Assembly: GCA_036172245.1 (NCBI GenBank)
Contig: JAYWIR010000042.1
Location: forward strand, 1,674,001 to 1,738,000
Direction: 5' to 3'
Length of the DNA: 64,000 nt
Source: Raillietiella orientalis
Lineage: Eukaryota
Shown: piece by piece, positions 36,401-48,644 of the stretch
Position numbering within the stretch: the first letter of the stretch is position 1
How the letters are laid out: every line of letters starts with the position of its first letter
Position numbers and translations under genes: made by a program
The notes under the pieces: generated by a model
The model's database searches: none
Told to the model about the DNA's origin: nothing
The model's input: the letters and a program-made list of their open reading frames with translations, nothing else

Positions 36401-39400
36401 CGCGTCCGCGCGATCTTCCCGGAGCTCCGGGGCTCGAGGCTTGCTGTTCCGGATCAAGCGCCGCGCTCAGGAAAGGAACTCCCCTTCCCGTGCATTGGGA
36501 CAGAGCATCGGGAGGGCCTCCGGGAACGGCTCGCTCCCTCTCCTCTCCCTTGTTCCTGCGGGAAGGTCAAGGCCGCGGCGTGACGAGCGAATTCAGCATG
36601 TGGAGAGAGGTCAGTCGCAATCGCGGAAGGGCAAGGGCGGCGGGAGGAAGGGGATTCGCCCAGATGCGGGAGCATCGGGCCCATCCGACTGCGCAGCACC
36701 TGCCCCGAACCCGTCGAAGGCGAACTCTTCGGGATCCAGGGAGAGCCAGCCAGAACAAGATTGCTCCTCCCTCTGCCTCTCCTCTTCGTTCCCCTCCGGA
36801 TGCCACGAAGAGTGAAACGACCAAACTGCGTTCGGTTGTTACGCCCCGCAGTTTTTCGCATTTCCGAAAAGTTCGATCAGGCGCAAAGCTGATCGATCCT
36901 CGTGTTCCGGGAGAAAAGAGGAGCACACGGACGCACACATCCGAAAGAAGGAAAAGACGCAGAGCACAGCAAATCTAACGTTTCCACATTACTGTCAAGG
37001 AGCGGCAGGGAACCGAGTTATCTTCGTGATGATGACGAGTTTCCCTGGCAAACTGCTCTCGTTTTAAAATTTGGCAATCCTGATTTACTCCCTTTTTTGC
37101 CCCTCTCCTCCCGGTCTTCGGTTCCCACAATTCTGTTCCGCCGACACTTGCCGTCCATCAATCCAAAAGAATCAAAAACAGGGTGAAACAAAAAAAAAAA
37201 AAGGGGGGGGGGGAAAAAAAACTCCACGTGAAAATAAAAAGATAAAAAGCAGAGGTTCTTTCTAAGTACATCCATTAAGTAAAGACATCCGAGACAAATG
37301 GTGCCCACGTAATCCGCGGAGTACGAACCAGAAATCACATGCGCGGGATGGCGAGTCCCGAGATTTCGCTGGGAAAAGCTTTCAAAGCATATCTAAGAAT
37401 GAAATCTCCCCATGCATGGTCAAGCCCGAGAGCGGCAGCACCTACGATAAAAGATTCATCTTGAAAATAATCCCGCTGCATCCATCACGTTCCCGAGACG
37501 ACAGATAATACGACGAGCTCCTTTCGTCGTACATTATACACGTATGGAAGTACACGAGCGGCGAATCAGAATGAAAAAAAATAAAAAGTAAAACTGCACA
37601 TAAAAGTGCACTCTTCCAGCCCAGCGGACATAAAGATACAATTTGGATGCGGAAAGTGGATTGACTTTACGTGAGGACGGCGAATTACGGCAAGCAGGAA
37701 GGAAGGAATCCAACTTGGAAGGGAAGGAAAGGGAGGGAGGGGGACTTTGGAACATCTCGGCACCTCGGCGCAAGGCCTCCTCTTCTTCCTTCCTCTTCGG
37801 ACTGCCCCTCAGGAACTGTTGCAAGAATATATCATTTTGCGATGCGTAATGCCTTCGGACTGGGCGAAGACGGGAGGAATCTCGCGAGGGGGGAAAGGGG
37901 GAGGGGAACGGAATCAAACAAAACAAAAAATAAAAAGCAAAAGGCAAGTGCGCGAGGCTTTTTGCATGGCAACCAACCGTATGTGCATGCAGATGCAAGC
38001 CGCAAGGGGTCGCGGGCGGTGCACAAGGAAGAGCACATCATGCTGAGAGAGAGTTCAGGAAGCAGTGAGAATCAAGGAAAAAATTCATTCCCGCCTCATC
38101 CCGCAAGCAGCCCCGCCCCTTCCCTTAAAGAACGGAGAAATCCTTTTTTTTTTTTTTTTTTTTTTCCTCCTTTTTCCTTTCGAGCAGAATTAGGTTTTGA
38201 GGGAAACTTCTTCTTGGCTTGAAAATCGTCCAGAGGGCACGAGCTACAAGGGCGGCAGGGATGAGACCATAAGGAAGGGAGAAGGGGGAGAAGGGAAGAA
38301 AGAAATCCACGGAAGAAGGGGGGAAAAACGGAAATCCCGAAAGGCTTCGTAGGTGCTTTGTGTGCTTACAGGGACTCCGCGTTCCCTCGCACCGCGCACA
38401 CGCAATAGCCACTGGGAGGAGTTCGTGGAAAATTCTCATCCCTGCAACCCCGATCGCTCGGGGGTGGAGGGATGACCGCGCACCTCTATACGTGGGGCGA
38501 GGGCAAAGTACCGACCTCTCCGGAGCCTCGTACCGCGGTGGACGCACCCGCTCAGCTCGTATCTGAGTGGATCGGCGGCCTCACCCGCGAACGCTTTCAC
38601 GGGACGAACTTACCGAACTTCCCCATTCGGCGATTCAACCAGCAAGGGTGGCGGAGGCGGCGTGACCTGGACCTTCTCCCCCCTAGAGGGGTAACTGGGG
38701 GTCGCGGGGCAAGCCGCTTCCGTTGCCGCGAGCTCTCGATGGAATGGGATGACTCCGCCATCGAGTGGGGGAAGGGGAGGGGGCGAGGGAGGAAGTCTCA
38801 GCACTCGATTCCCAAGAACTAGTTGAGTCGAAAAAGAGGGCGTGAGAAACCGACCTTCCAGGAGTACGGGGGCGAAAGAACGGGCGGTAGCAGCGGTGTC
38901 TCCTCCTCCCCCACTCCCCTCCCGGTCTCTTCTTACCAGTACCAGTGCACACCCCTACGCTGCCCGACTGCGTAGTGGGGAGAGTGCAGCACCACACGTA
39001 CCGGTCCGGAATTTCACGAAGATGTCGATGATGAAGATGGCATCGGTAATTGTGTTGAAGATGATCCAGTGGGTGCTCAGATCGTCGTTGAAGAAGGATA
39101 TGGCCACCGGCAGGATGACCAGATTGACTACCAGCAGTATCAGCATGCACACGTCCCAGTAAAATCTGGAACGACAAAGCCAGTGATTTGGGAACGGGGA
39201 GAAAAGGGATGGGACGACGAGGAGGATCGGTCCCACGCAACCGAACCCGCTCTCTCTCCCGCTGTCCCATCAGAGAGGAAAGCCGAGGGAAACAAGAAGG
39301 CCCGTGGAAGCTGTCGGAAACTCCAAGGGAACGTGGACTACCGCCTTCAGGGCTGCCAGTCCGTCGGTTCCAGAGCAATTTTTGAAGACTGTGCCGCTCT

Positions 39401-42400
39401 ACGCGAGGCCGGAAGCTGCCTCGGACCCCTTCTCTAATGCGTAACATCCAGCAGAAGCGAGGAAGGAAGAGGGAGATCTGGATCTCATACTCCTGTACGA
39501 GCTCGCCTGGCTCGTTTTCGTCGCCAGGTAACCGGAAAGGCATCACAGGTAAACATTCTAAATTTTTCGGGATACAGCCCCGTCGTCTTTCCTTCACTTC
39601 GCCCGTGCTTCAAGCATTCCAGGCGCCGACAAAAGTGGGGAGTCCCGTTTGTGAGTGTTGGATTGGTGGGCACCGATTAGCTAGTGGGGACGAAGATCTA
39701 TAAATAGACAAGGTGCAGCCGGTAGAGGGAACGCATGTGCGTTGCAACAGAAGGGACAGGCGCGCTTGCTTGCTGTCGATCGCCCGGAAGTCATTGCCCA
39801 GGGAGGTGTACCGCCCCCTCGCGACCACTGGCGCGGAAGCGAAGGGCGACGCTTGCGAGGTGCTCGTGGAGGGGTTTCCAGGGGGTTGACGGTCAGGCGC
39901 GAGAGAGACGAACCCTGTGGGCAGTAGCAACCGTCCTGTTTCTTGCGGGGTCGCTCGATGCACGGGCGAGGGGCGGAAGAAGAAGCACCTGTTTCCAGGA
40001 AGCCGCGTTCCCTCCCCCCCCCCTTCCCCGTTTTCAGAAAACAGCTGGAGAGAGGGGTGCGATCTCCAAATACACCGCCCAGGAAACATCCCCAAGCGGG
40101 GGCTGAGCCGACGGGTTCAGAGAGCCACTGTTGTCGCCCCCTCCGCCCCCTTCCCCCGTCACACACATACACACACGAAGATGCGAAGAGGAACCCGGAA
40201 GTGGCCTCTCTCGACGGTTCCCTATCCGGGAAGCTCCCTCCTGGGGAGATCCGGAAAGCAGGGTGTCCCTCGACGTCCTCTTGGTCTTCACGCTCGCGTG
40301 CGTCCTCGAGTGCGAGACGGCGAGGGCACAGCCCGCGCGTCCTCCTCCCCAGTGAGCGCTTCCGGGACAAGTGCGCTTAACCAGTGAGCGCCGCAGGCGG
40401 CCTTTGAGATGAGGTCCTTTGCAACCGGCCCAAAGGAAGGAAGGCACTTCGGCTGGAGACGTGAGAGGCAGCAGCACGGTTGCAAGGGTGACGAGGTGGG
40501 ACGAGAGCAGAAAGCTTCTCCAGGCGGAGGGAATGGGCGGGGCGATGGTCACCTGAGCGCCGTAGTATCGGGCGGGGCACCCTCGGAGGGCGTTTCTCCC
40601 TCCTTCCTCTTCCCGGAGACGTTCCGCTGGAGCGTGCATCGCCGCACCGGGAAGGACGGGAAGCCGAAGCGTTTGTGGAACCGGCGCCTCCCGGGCGGGG
40701 TCGAAAACACGAGTAACAGAGATAGTAGGGTGACTGAGGAGTCTTCCCGTTCGGGGATCCTTTCGGGGAATACGGCCGGCCGACTTCCCGCGGTTGCTCT
40801 CTGCGGGGGGAACGAAACCGACGTTTGCAGGCTTCGGGAGAGCCGAGGAAAGTGGGTTGGGAGCGTGGAGGGATCGGTTCGCATCTTCTCCAGGCGGATC
40901 AAGCGGGTCGGAATCTCCCCCACAGCTTCCCCAGGTGGTGCGAGAAGAGGGCGCGAGAGCCACCTCACGAGGGATCTTCCTCCTGTTGCCGCAGCGCCTC
41001 TTCCGTTCCCTCCGTTCCCTCCCTGCTCTCGAAGCACCGCGCCCGTGGACTCCCCCCGGGTGTCACGAGGCGAAGCAAGGTGGAAGAAAACGACAGAGGG
41101 GCTCGCACGTCGCCATGTCAACGGTGATGGCACGGGGGGACGTCCCTCTTCCTCTTCCACTTCCCGCAACTCCCCTCGAGCGGCGTGCGGTCCACTCCCC
41201 GGATCTGGAGGAAAAGGCGTGGGGGAAAAGGAACCGACGGGGAAAGGCAGCCCCGCCCACCTGCAGGAGAGACCCCGGTTCCCGGAGGGTTTCCAGGAGG
41301 GCAAAAAAAGGGAAGGGGAGGAAGGGAAAAAGACTCACACGAAGCTCTCGCACGTGCAAACAGCCGCGCGCTCTCCGGAGCGCCTCGCGCATCCAGGGAG
41401 CCGCCTAACTGACCTTCCCTCCGGCGGTAATCCCACCAGGCCCTCAGAAATTCCCGCGCGCGGCGGCGGCAAAGCGGGGCGGTCCCTTTCGTTCCTGCAG
41501 TGGCGCACCCGCCGGGCTGCTCAATGATCCTCTCCTCGGGAACAGGACCAGCGTGCGGTCCTACCGTACTGGACGCCCTCTCTGGAGGTCCCGGCGAGAT
41601 GAGGTGGGGAGAGGAAGGGGTCTCTTCGCGGTTTCCGGAGATCACAGAGAAGAGAAGCGGGGAAAGAGGAGAGGGCAGGGAAGGACGGACTGGAATCCCC
41701 CGCGCGGAACGGGGATCTCCTAGGAGACCCCGGCCGGGAAGAGAGCAGCTCCCGAAAAATCTGCCGAGGATAAACACGATTTGTAGGGTACGTTCCCCCA
41801 GCAGTAGAGAATCGCAAGCACCCTTCGGAGAGTGGAGCACCCCTCTTCCCGTGAGGGCTTTCCCGTGTCGCCTCGCCCTGAGCAACCGCCTGCTCCCGCC
41901 TTCACGGATCGCACGAGAGAGATCGCTTCGGTCTTCAAGGCGACAGCAGAGCTTCCTTCTTCCCGTGCGTGCGCCTTTCCTAACGACGGAAAGGAACGGA
42001 AGAGGGAACGACTCCCCTCTTGGAATAGAATACCAGGAGAGAGATGAAAGAGAAAGAGGCTCCAGGAAGTAGCAGCACCCCACCGCAAGCTCCTCTCTCC
42101 ATCCTTCCTTTTCCCCTTCTCCCGTAATGTAGCCAGCTGCCCGCCACCGAGTGAGGGGACCAGGGGTTCATCGCGTCATCCAGAATCGAGAGGAGACAAG
42201 CGATGACGGCGGCGGTTCGGCGAGAGGAAAGGGAAGAGGGGAGGATTGGGGAGGAAGAGGAGGAGAAGGGAAGAAAACGCCAGCAAGGAATGGACGGCGA
42301 CGGGAGCAGCTCGGTTCTCGTAGACCGCCATCAACACCCAGGGAGTCGTCCCCCTCTACTTCCCTCCTTCCGACCAACAACCCTTGTTCCTCGGATCACG

Positions 42401-45400
42401 CGTGACGAAGCAGGGCGGGCCGCCGGAGGTGCCTCGGGAATACCTCCAGGGAAGGAAAGGGAAACTTCACAACTTCAAAGGGGAGAAGGGGAGTTCCCAA
42501 ACGCTCGCCGGCGACCGGAAGCTACGCCTGATTAAGCTGCCCGGGGCAACTCCCTCTCACTTCCGCCATCAGTCAGGCGCGCGGCGGGCCCGCAGAGCAC
42601 TTTCGTGGACCCCCTCTCCTTCCCCCTACTCCCTTGCATCCTGCAGACTCTGGCTACAGGCGCGCCCGCTTCCGTCCCGAAGGAGTAGCAGGAGTGGCGG
42701 ATACTTCCGCCTGGTGCTGCCGCTCCCGTCCTCAGTTCTCCCCATGCCTTTCCTGTCCCTGCCCCATCCGAATAGGGCGCATGGGGCGGGTTTCCCCCAG
42801 AAAAGTCCCGAGACAGGGCGTTCTGCCTGGGTTGTCGACGCGCCCACATCCCCCTCCGCGTCTCTCTCGGGAACGAGCGTGTTCCTTGCGCTTCAAACGG
42901 TCTCCACGACGACTGCGCAGTGGGATCGGATGGGATGATGACCAAAGCAGTTCTTCTCCTACCCTCCTCTCATCCCCTCTCCCCGCAAGCTACGAGGAAC
43001 GCCCCTCCGTGAAGCGCGCGGCTCACTCCTTGGATCGGGAGGAGAGGGAGTGGCGAAAAGGAACGATGGTGATGGGCAGCTCCACCCGCATATGAGACCC
43101 GGTCCCCGGGAGAAGGTACCTCCTCATAATTGGCGGTTTCTGGGAAGGTGAAGGGGTAAAGAGGGGGCGGAAAAGCATCCCAGACCTCCCTCCAGCTTCC
43201 CTCGAAACGTTCATCAAAGAGTTCATCAATTTCGAGAACGAAGGGATCCAAAGCAGAAGATGAAAGGGACCACCCCTTCCTGCGACCGGAGAGGACCGAG
43301 CCGCTCGGCGGTGGAGTTTTGGACGGAGGAAGGACCCGGAGTCAGGATGCCACTCCTCTGGGGAAGGAGGCAGGAGCGCTTCCCGACAGGGGGGTGAGTC
43401 GGCGGCGTGCGCGCGTCCCATGCGCGACCCCGGAGAAGGGTCAACGAGAGGATGATACGGTCCCGGCGAGCCCTCGCCACCGAAAGAAAGAACGCGCCTT
43501 GCCCCGGGATCCCGACTACGGATCGCGGTCATGCTGGATGAGGAGTTGCAGGCCGGGAGAAGACGCAAGGGCAGCGCTTCGTCGGGCAGACCCTGTTCTC
43601 TCCCCTCCCCTCACGGGACTCACGGGCGTCGCCGTGGCCAGCAGCCACGGCTCCCTCAGGCAGAGATATCTCCCCTCTCTCTCATGGGACGCGCGCACGC
43701 GTTCCCGGTCGGTCGGCGGCAGTTGCGTTCTGGATACCTCCCTCCCCGGATCCCGGTGGCGCTTCCTCCCGCCAGCGTCAAGAAGCAACGGAAACCGGCG
43801 GCTCCGTGGGGAGGGCGGAGGCCTGGGGAGCTCCACAGGGGCGGGTCCTCCGCTCGAGCGAAGGGAAGGAAAGGGTGACTGGGGAGCCGTGACGGAAAGG
43901 GACTCACCTGGAGAGCCCTGGGGTGGGGATGGGGGACTTCGGCTTCGAAGGAGAGGGAGCAAAGCGCCCTCACCACCTCGGCTAGAAAACGGAGGGGGAG
44001 GGAAGCTGGAGAGGGCATGGAAAGGGAAACAGGAAGCTAGGGGAGATGGGCGAAGTGAAGGACCGCTCGTCTTTTTGGGAAAGGAGGAAATTAGGGCGAA
44101 AGGGAGAGGGAGGAAATCGCCTGTTCTCAGGGGGGCTGCGGAGCCGGAAAGGAAGCGGAGGCGTGGGCGAGAGGAAAGGAAGGAAAGGGGGGGGGGAGAG
44201 GAGGGAAGGCGCTCACACGAGGGGAGGATGCAGTGAGGACTGCGTGATCCTGGGGGAAAAGGCGAACGTGGGAGGAGCAAGGACAGGGAGGAGTTTTCCT
44301 CCCTGGATTGCGGTAGCGAACCCAAGGGAGAGTTCCCGTTATCCTCTCCGCTCTTTCGCTAGCGAGGAGGGAGAACGTCGTTCCCGAAGGGTGCGACACG
44401 CCTCGACGGCGGAACTCCTTCCTGCCAAAGTCCTTCTTCGCCCGTTCTTCCTGCCGGAGGGGCGTCACGACGTGCGATTTCCCTCCCAGGGTTGCGAGCA
44501 GAACCCAGGTCTCCTGGAACACGAGGGGGATGCACCACCTCTCCCTCATCCCGTGCTCCTCCTCCGGGTAGAGGAGCGGAGAACCCTCGTGCCAACAGGG
44601 AACGCTCGTGGGCGAGCGAGGGATGGGAAACGCTCCCTTGCTCGCGGCAGCGGCTGAACGGCCACCGGAAACGCTCGAAGGTGGGGGCGGGCGGAAGAGG
44701 AGGGCACTTCCCTCTAGGATGAGGGTGCGAGGGTGCCTCTGCGTTCCCGACTGCTTCTCCTCCTCCGGTTCTTAGGACTCGAGGAGCCAACGCTCCGCAG
44801 GGGAGGACGGGGAAGACTCGAAGGGCAGAGCGCGGTCCGCTGGGAGAGGTGCACCCTGCTTTCTCCCCCGTCACGCCCCTCTCCTCCCGTGCCCTGGTCC
44901 TGGAGGCGACGAGGGAAAGCGGAGGACGGCCCACCCAGAGCGTACCTGAAGTTAGAGCAAGGATGGATGATCCAGTGGCCGGCGGCCTTCTGCCTGATCC
45001 TCTCCTTCATGACGGCCTTCTTGGACCCGAAGAGCTTCATAGCCAGCTTGTTGTCGGTGGGCTGGAAGAGGGCCAGGATCTGGTTGCGGAAGAAGCCCTG
45101 CTTCCCGTAGTCCGGATCTTCCTCCCCGCAGGCCTGAACCGCAACGCTGCCGGCGAAGGGGACGGGGACAAACTCTTCCTTGGGGGTGCCGTACAGGCTG
45201 TCCTCCGTGGCCACCCTCCCGACGGCGTCCTCCCCCGCAGCATTGGAGCCTGCGGAGGGAATCGGGGCCGCGGCCGCAGCCGCCGCCGATGCTGCTGCTG
45301 CTGCGGCGGCCGCCGCCGCCGCGGCGAGGTCGTCCATGGCGGTCACCAGGGAATCGCTGCAGGCCCGCACCGTGAAGGACGGGTCCCCCTTGAGGTCGCT

Positions 45401-45604
45401 GCTGGCACTCCTGCGCGCCGACCTGCGCAGGGACTGCGTCCGCGGGATGACCTCCTCGATAAGGACCGTGGCGCCGGTGGCGCCGTTCGGCAGGCCAAGA
45501 CTCAGGTTCCGCTGCAGTTTGCCGAGCTTGGGGCGTCTCAGGGGTGGAGGAAGGGTGCCGATGACGCCGGGAGGTTCACCCTCCCTGGACAGACCTCGAC
45601 GCAT
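11486..45604 (-). CDS. Ih: Hyperpolarization-activated cyclic nucleotide-gated channel (HCN/Ih), 10 coding exons: complement(join(11486..11828,11882..12158,19001..19118,19201..19347,20742..20960,30696..30845,33899..34039,34127..34263,39002..39165,44946..45604)), about 784 aa
   Basis: Exons join in frame (2355 nt) with GT-AG introns. Motifs include the HCN domain ([15 protein letters not shown]...[13 protein letters not shown]), S4 ([23 protein letters not shown]), pore (SHMLCIGYG), C-linker ([18 protein letters not shown]) and CNBD ([10 protein letters not shown]...RRVASVRA). Very similar to insect/crustacean Ih as recalled. The start codon is uncertain because the frame stays open to an acceptor at 45668. 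Confidence 0.95.
11882..12158 (-). CDS. Ih: Ih exon 9 (cyclic-nucleotide-binding domain)
   Basis: [93 protein letters not shown]; acceptor cttcag, donor gtgagt. Confidence 0.95.
13852..13906. repeat. Compound trinucleotide microsatellite (CAG)n(CAA)n(CGA)n
   Basis: Directly visible in the sequence. Confidence 0.95.
16210..16560 (-). mobile_element. Highly decayed LINE reverse-transcriptase remnant
   Basis: Broken motifs PVFPK...[19 protein letters not shown] and VIKGVRRGS occur in RT order; many stops. Confidence 0.25.
17028..17090. repeat. Interrupted (TA)n microsatellite
   Basis: Directly visible in the sequence. Confidence 0.9.
18772..18802. repeat. (CTG)n microsatellite
   Basis: Directly visible, about 10 units. 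Confidence 0.9.
19001..19118 (-). CDS. Ih: Ih exon 8 (C-linker end, CNBD start)
   Basis: Manual translation [39 protein letters not shown]; acceptor ttttag, donor gtgagc. Confidence 0.94.
19201..19347 (-). CDS. Ih: Ih exon 7 (C-linker)
   Basis: [49 protein letters not shown]; acceptor tcgcag, donor gtaaga. Confidence 0.94.
20742..20960 (-). CDS. Ih: Ih exon 6 (pore, S6)
   Basis: [73 protein letters not shown]; acceptor ttttag, donor gtagtg. Confidence 0.95.
23100..25050 (-). mobile_element. Decayed L1/Tx1-like ORF2 (RT region) within Ih intron 5
   Basis: Ordered degenerate motifs LGKSPARQG (cf. GKSPGPDG), STIQGK...VPRPLRLG (cf. INGxxxxxFxVxRGVRQG) and FLWLPRRR; frameshifted. Confidence 0.4.
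25070..26270 (+). mobile_element. Decayed LINE endonuclease/RT fragment
   Basis: [11 protein letters not shown] (cf. APE FT...SRID), KSALIPV and PDWRRIGL...MFKV (cf. LIPK...NWRPISL...K). Confidence 0.3.
28860..29440 (+). mobile_element. Decayed LINE RT fragment
   Basis: [13 protein letters not shown] (cf. GIRQGxPLSPxLF) followed by degenerate YADD-like and LGI-like segments. Confidence 0.4.
30409..30438. repeat. (TC)n microsatellite
   Basis: Directly visible in the sequence. Confidence 0.9.
30696..30845 (-). CDS. Ih: Ih exon 5 (S5)
   Basis: [50 protein letters not shown]; acceptor tttcag, donor gtacgg. Confidence 0.93.
33899..34039 (-). CDS. Ih: Ih exon 4 (S4 voltage sensor)
   Basis: [47 protein letters not shown]; acceptor cctcag, donor gtaagc. 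Confidence 0.93.
34127..34263 (-). CDS. Ih: Ih exon 3 (S2-S3 linker, S3)
   Basis: [46 protein letters not shown]; acceptor ttccag, donor gtaagg. Confidence 0.93.
35100..36186 (+). mobile_element. L1/Tx1-like LINE 3' fragment (same family as 1590-3250) in Ih intron 2, with intact 3' terminus
   Basis: [22 protein letters not shown] and [26 protein letters not shown] (zf-RVT); T-rich UTR; AATAAA plus stem-loop at 36161..36186. Confidence 0.75.
39002..39165 (-). CDS. Ih: Ih exon 2 (S1-S2)
   Basis: [54 protein letters not shown]; acceptor tccag, donor gtacgt. Confidence 0.93.
42400..44300 (-). mobile_element. Possible very decayed GC-rich LINE ORF2 remnant in Ih intron 1
   Basis: Only fragmentary RT-like segments (e.g. 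ERGDISA*GSR, cf. KKGD...NWRP); boundaries are approximate. Confidence 0.2.
44946..45604 (-). CDS. Ih: Ih exon 1 (N-terminus, poly-Ala tract, HCN domain)
   Basis: Encodes [11 protein letters not shown]...[41 protein letters not shown]. Donor GTACG at 44945; pyrimidine-rich acceptor (ccttttcctcag) just upstream of 45668. Confidence 0.9.
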
Positions 45605-48603
45605 CGCTTCTTCTCGAGACTTCCTCCGCGGCGCGGGGGCGACCCCCGAGAAGCTTCGAGGTTTCGCACTGAGGAAAAGGGGGGGAAGGGGAAAAGGAAG
45701 TTCCTAAGGAGAGCTCATCCTTTTAGGGTGGAGGGGTAGGGGGAAATGCACCCAGTGAGCCTCCCCGGGTCTTCTCTTTATCGACTGGCCCGCAGCGAAC
45801 AGGAGGTTCCCGGAATAGGAATAGGAGGGGGGAACGAGGAAGAGTGGTGGTGGGAGGAAATGGAGGACTCTCTCTCTCTGGAGGCGGCGCAAGGCGGGAA
45901 GGGGAGGGAGTGCGGCACCGAAATCGTCTCGGATGGGTAGCGACAGAGAACGAGAGGGGCAGGAGAAAAAGGGGAAGGGGGGAAAGAAAAAAAAAAAAAA
46001 GGGGAGGGGGGGAGATCGCGGGAGACACAGCAGACGGGCAGCTTCCACCTCCTGGGAACGGGGAACGTCGAAGGAGCACTGGCGGACCACAGCGAGCGGG
46101 AAGCCAGACAGCGTCTCGGCGGACGCGCCTGCGTCGCCTACGGGACACTCCCGCAAAGGCGCGCCTGCGCGCCCCTCTGTCCTTCTATCCCTTCCTCCGC
46201 AGGGATTCGCCGAGTCGATCCTCCGTCTCGTGGAGGGGAGGAGGAGGTGGAAGGGTTCGAGCGAAATGAGAGATGAAGGAGGACCATCCCACTCTTAACT
46301 GGCCCCTGCTTCCCGCGAAAGGGACGGACCCCGTAGTGACCGAAGCTGCGGTCTCCTACCGCCAAGGGACGAAGAGGGGGGAAGGGAGAGAGAGAGAAGG
46401 TGCACATCGCTCCCTCATAGTCTTTCCTCCCACCCTGACCGACCGACTCGAAAAACCGTCCCTCCCTCCCTTCCACCCGCCCCTGGAAGGTGCGGGGAGA
46501 ATCTGGCTGCTGAAGGCGTGAGGAACAGGAGTTCCCCGCCTGCAGCAGATGGCCGTCGAAGTAAGCACATACGTGGAGGAAGCATTTTTTTTTTTTCGAA
46601 AACGTGGTTTCCTGGAAGTAACGCGAGAAGATGTGCCTTCGGTTGCTGTGGCTTCAGCTGAACCTCGAAAAGGGGTGTGTGTCTTGTCGGCGGGTCAGAG
46701 AAATGCACCCGGAGCGGAAAGAGAGACCACCCCAAACGCCCCTTCCGGTGCCTGGCGGTGGCAGCACCCATCTTCAGTTGCCCTGTGCGTGCGTGCGGGA
46801 CGGTCTTGGCGTGCTGCGGAGTCGCGACGGGCGAACGTCCAGCCGAGCCGCCGTCTCCCGAGAGATACAGACGAAGCGCGGATCCGACAGTCGGACCTCC
46901 GACTCGGCGGTCCGGCGGACGAGACGTCCTCAAGCAGGATGGCATGCAAGCCAAATGAATGGGCACACACACTTCTCTCCCGGAGGAACGAGTCCGAGCT
47001 GAATTTTCCTGTCTGGATCCGGAAGGAAGGTCTGGACACGAGAAGCACGGAGGGGGAGGGGAAACGCACACACAGAAAGTCGGGAAGAGTGCATCCTCCG
47101 GGGCTGCGCATTGAAATTCGTGGACCAGCTTCCGACGCGGAAACAAGAAAAGATTGCGTCACCGGGAAGGCGTCCGTTGCGTGCTTCCGCCCCCCTCTCC
47201 CACTTCCCTCCCGTCGTGCACCTGGTGGCGGGCGGAGCGATGGTGCGCGCATGAGGGTGGAACGACCGCTGAGCGATGCTCCCCGAAGGCCAACTGGGGC
47301 CGGGAAGCAAGAGGGTGGCATGCGTGGCGCAGCAGCGGCGCTGACCCAAGAGCCCCAGTTACTCCATGAAAGTCGGCGGATGTCCCCAGGGTGTGGCGCC
47401 TGCGAAAAACGCCGAAAAACGGCGCGCTTCCATCTACCTCCCTCTTGCTTCTCCTCGAGATGGAACTCCCATTCGAACACTCTCCGCGCTGCTGCTGGTG
47501 GTGGTGCCAATTTTTTCTCCTACCTCGTCTCCTCTTCCACGAAAACGAGTTCTCTCTCCCCTTTCTTTCCTTCCTCTCTTCCTTCCTCCGAGAAAGTCGG
47601 GAGCACTCGGGAGCCAGACAAAGGTCCCCCGAAGTTTCGGCATGATCTCCATCCTTCGCGGGATGCCGTGGATCGAAGCAGCCGCGTCAACCGGAACTTC
47701 GGCCTGGAGGAACTTTGGAGGGGTTTTACTCCCCCTCCGCAGTCCTCAACTCCACGGTGCCTCCAGGATGCTGATCAGGTATCCTGAAAAGGGAAAGGTA
47801 GGATCCCGCCTCCGCTCTTCTCGCGTACGCGTGCGCACGAGGGAGCCGATGCGATCGCACGATGATGCTGAGCGTACCGTGAATCCTGCCTCCTTGCCGG
47901 CAAAGAGTGCCCTGAGGCAGCCACCGGATTCTCTGCTCAGGATTGCATGAGCGCTCCTCGGTGCCTCGTCGCTACGCGTGAGCCACCCTGCTTGGTCCGG
48001 CGGTCCACAGTCGCTGACAAGCGGCCAAGTGCATGGTCAGACGTGTTTTCCCGGAAGGAGGAACGTCCACTGGATCGTGCTGTCTTCGTGAACGTCGGTC
48101 TGGCTCATCTTCGGAACGGGAAGCATCCAAGAAACGGTAAGAGTATCTCGTTCTTCAAAGGGCGTGGCGGGGAAGAGCTGGCTTTGGGCTACCCCTGTTA
48201 CTTCAAGCGAAAGGCGGGAGGATGCGGGAGAAGGTTCAAGGCGTCGAACGGAAGCGTCCGTTTTCGGTTTCCTAGAAACAGGAGTCCTCTCCCGACTTAC
48301 CCTTGACTCCGCCTTCAGAAAGCAATAGCTCGAATTGCCGATCTCGTGGGTAGCGGCCGTGCGGTTCCAAGGAGACCGCTTTCCTACCGCGCATTCCCAC
48401 CATTGAGGTTCTTGGGGGATCCATTCTCCCGGTTCCCAAGCATCGATTCATCTCCTCCCCTGCCGACGGGAAGGCATTGGGAGTCAGGAGGGCGAGGCGG
48501 GAGAGAAAGCGAAGGAGGAGGAGGAAGAGCAGAACGCACCAGGAGAAGAAGGAAACAAGAAACCGGGAAGGGTGGGATGGAGACATCTCCCGCCTACACG
48601 GGA

Positions 48604-48644
48604 GAAGCGTCGATCCTCGCGCCTGGACACTGCCGGCCTCAGAA
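48604..48644. repeat. Inverted repeat, left arm (pairs with 50038..50078)
   Basis: 35-bp perfect match (48610..48644 vs 50038..50072), extending to 41 bp with one mismatch. Confidence 0.9.
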
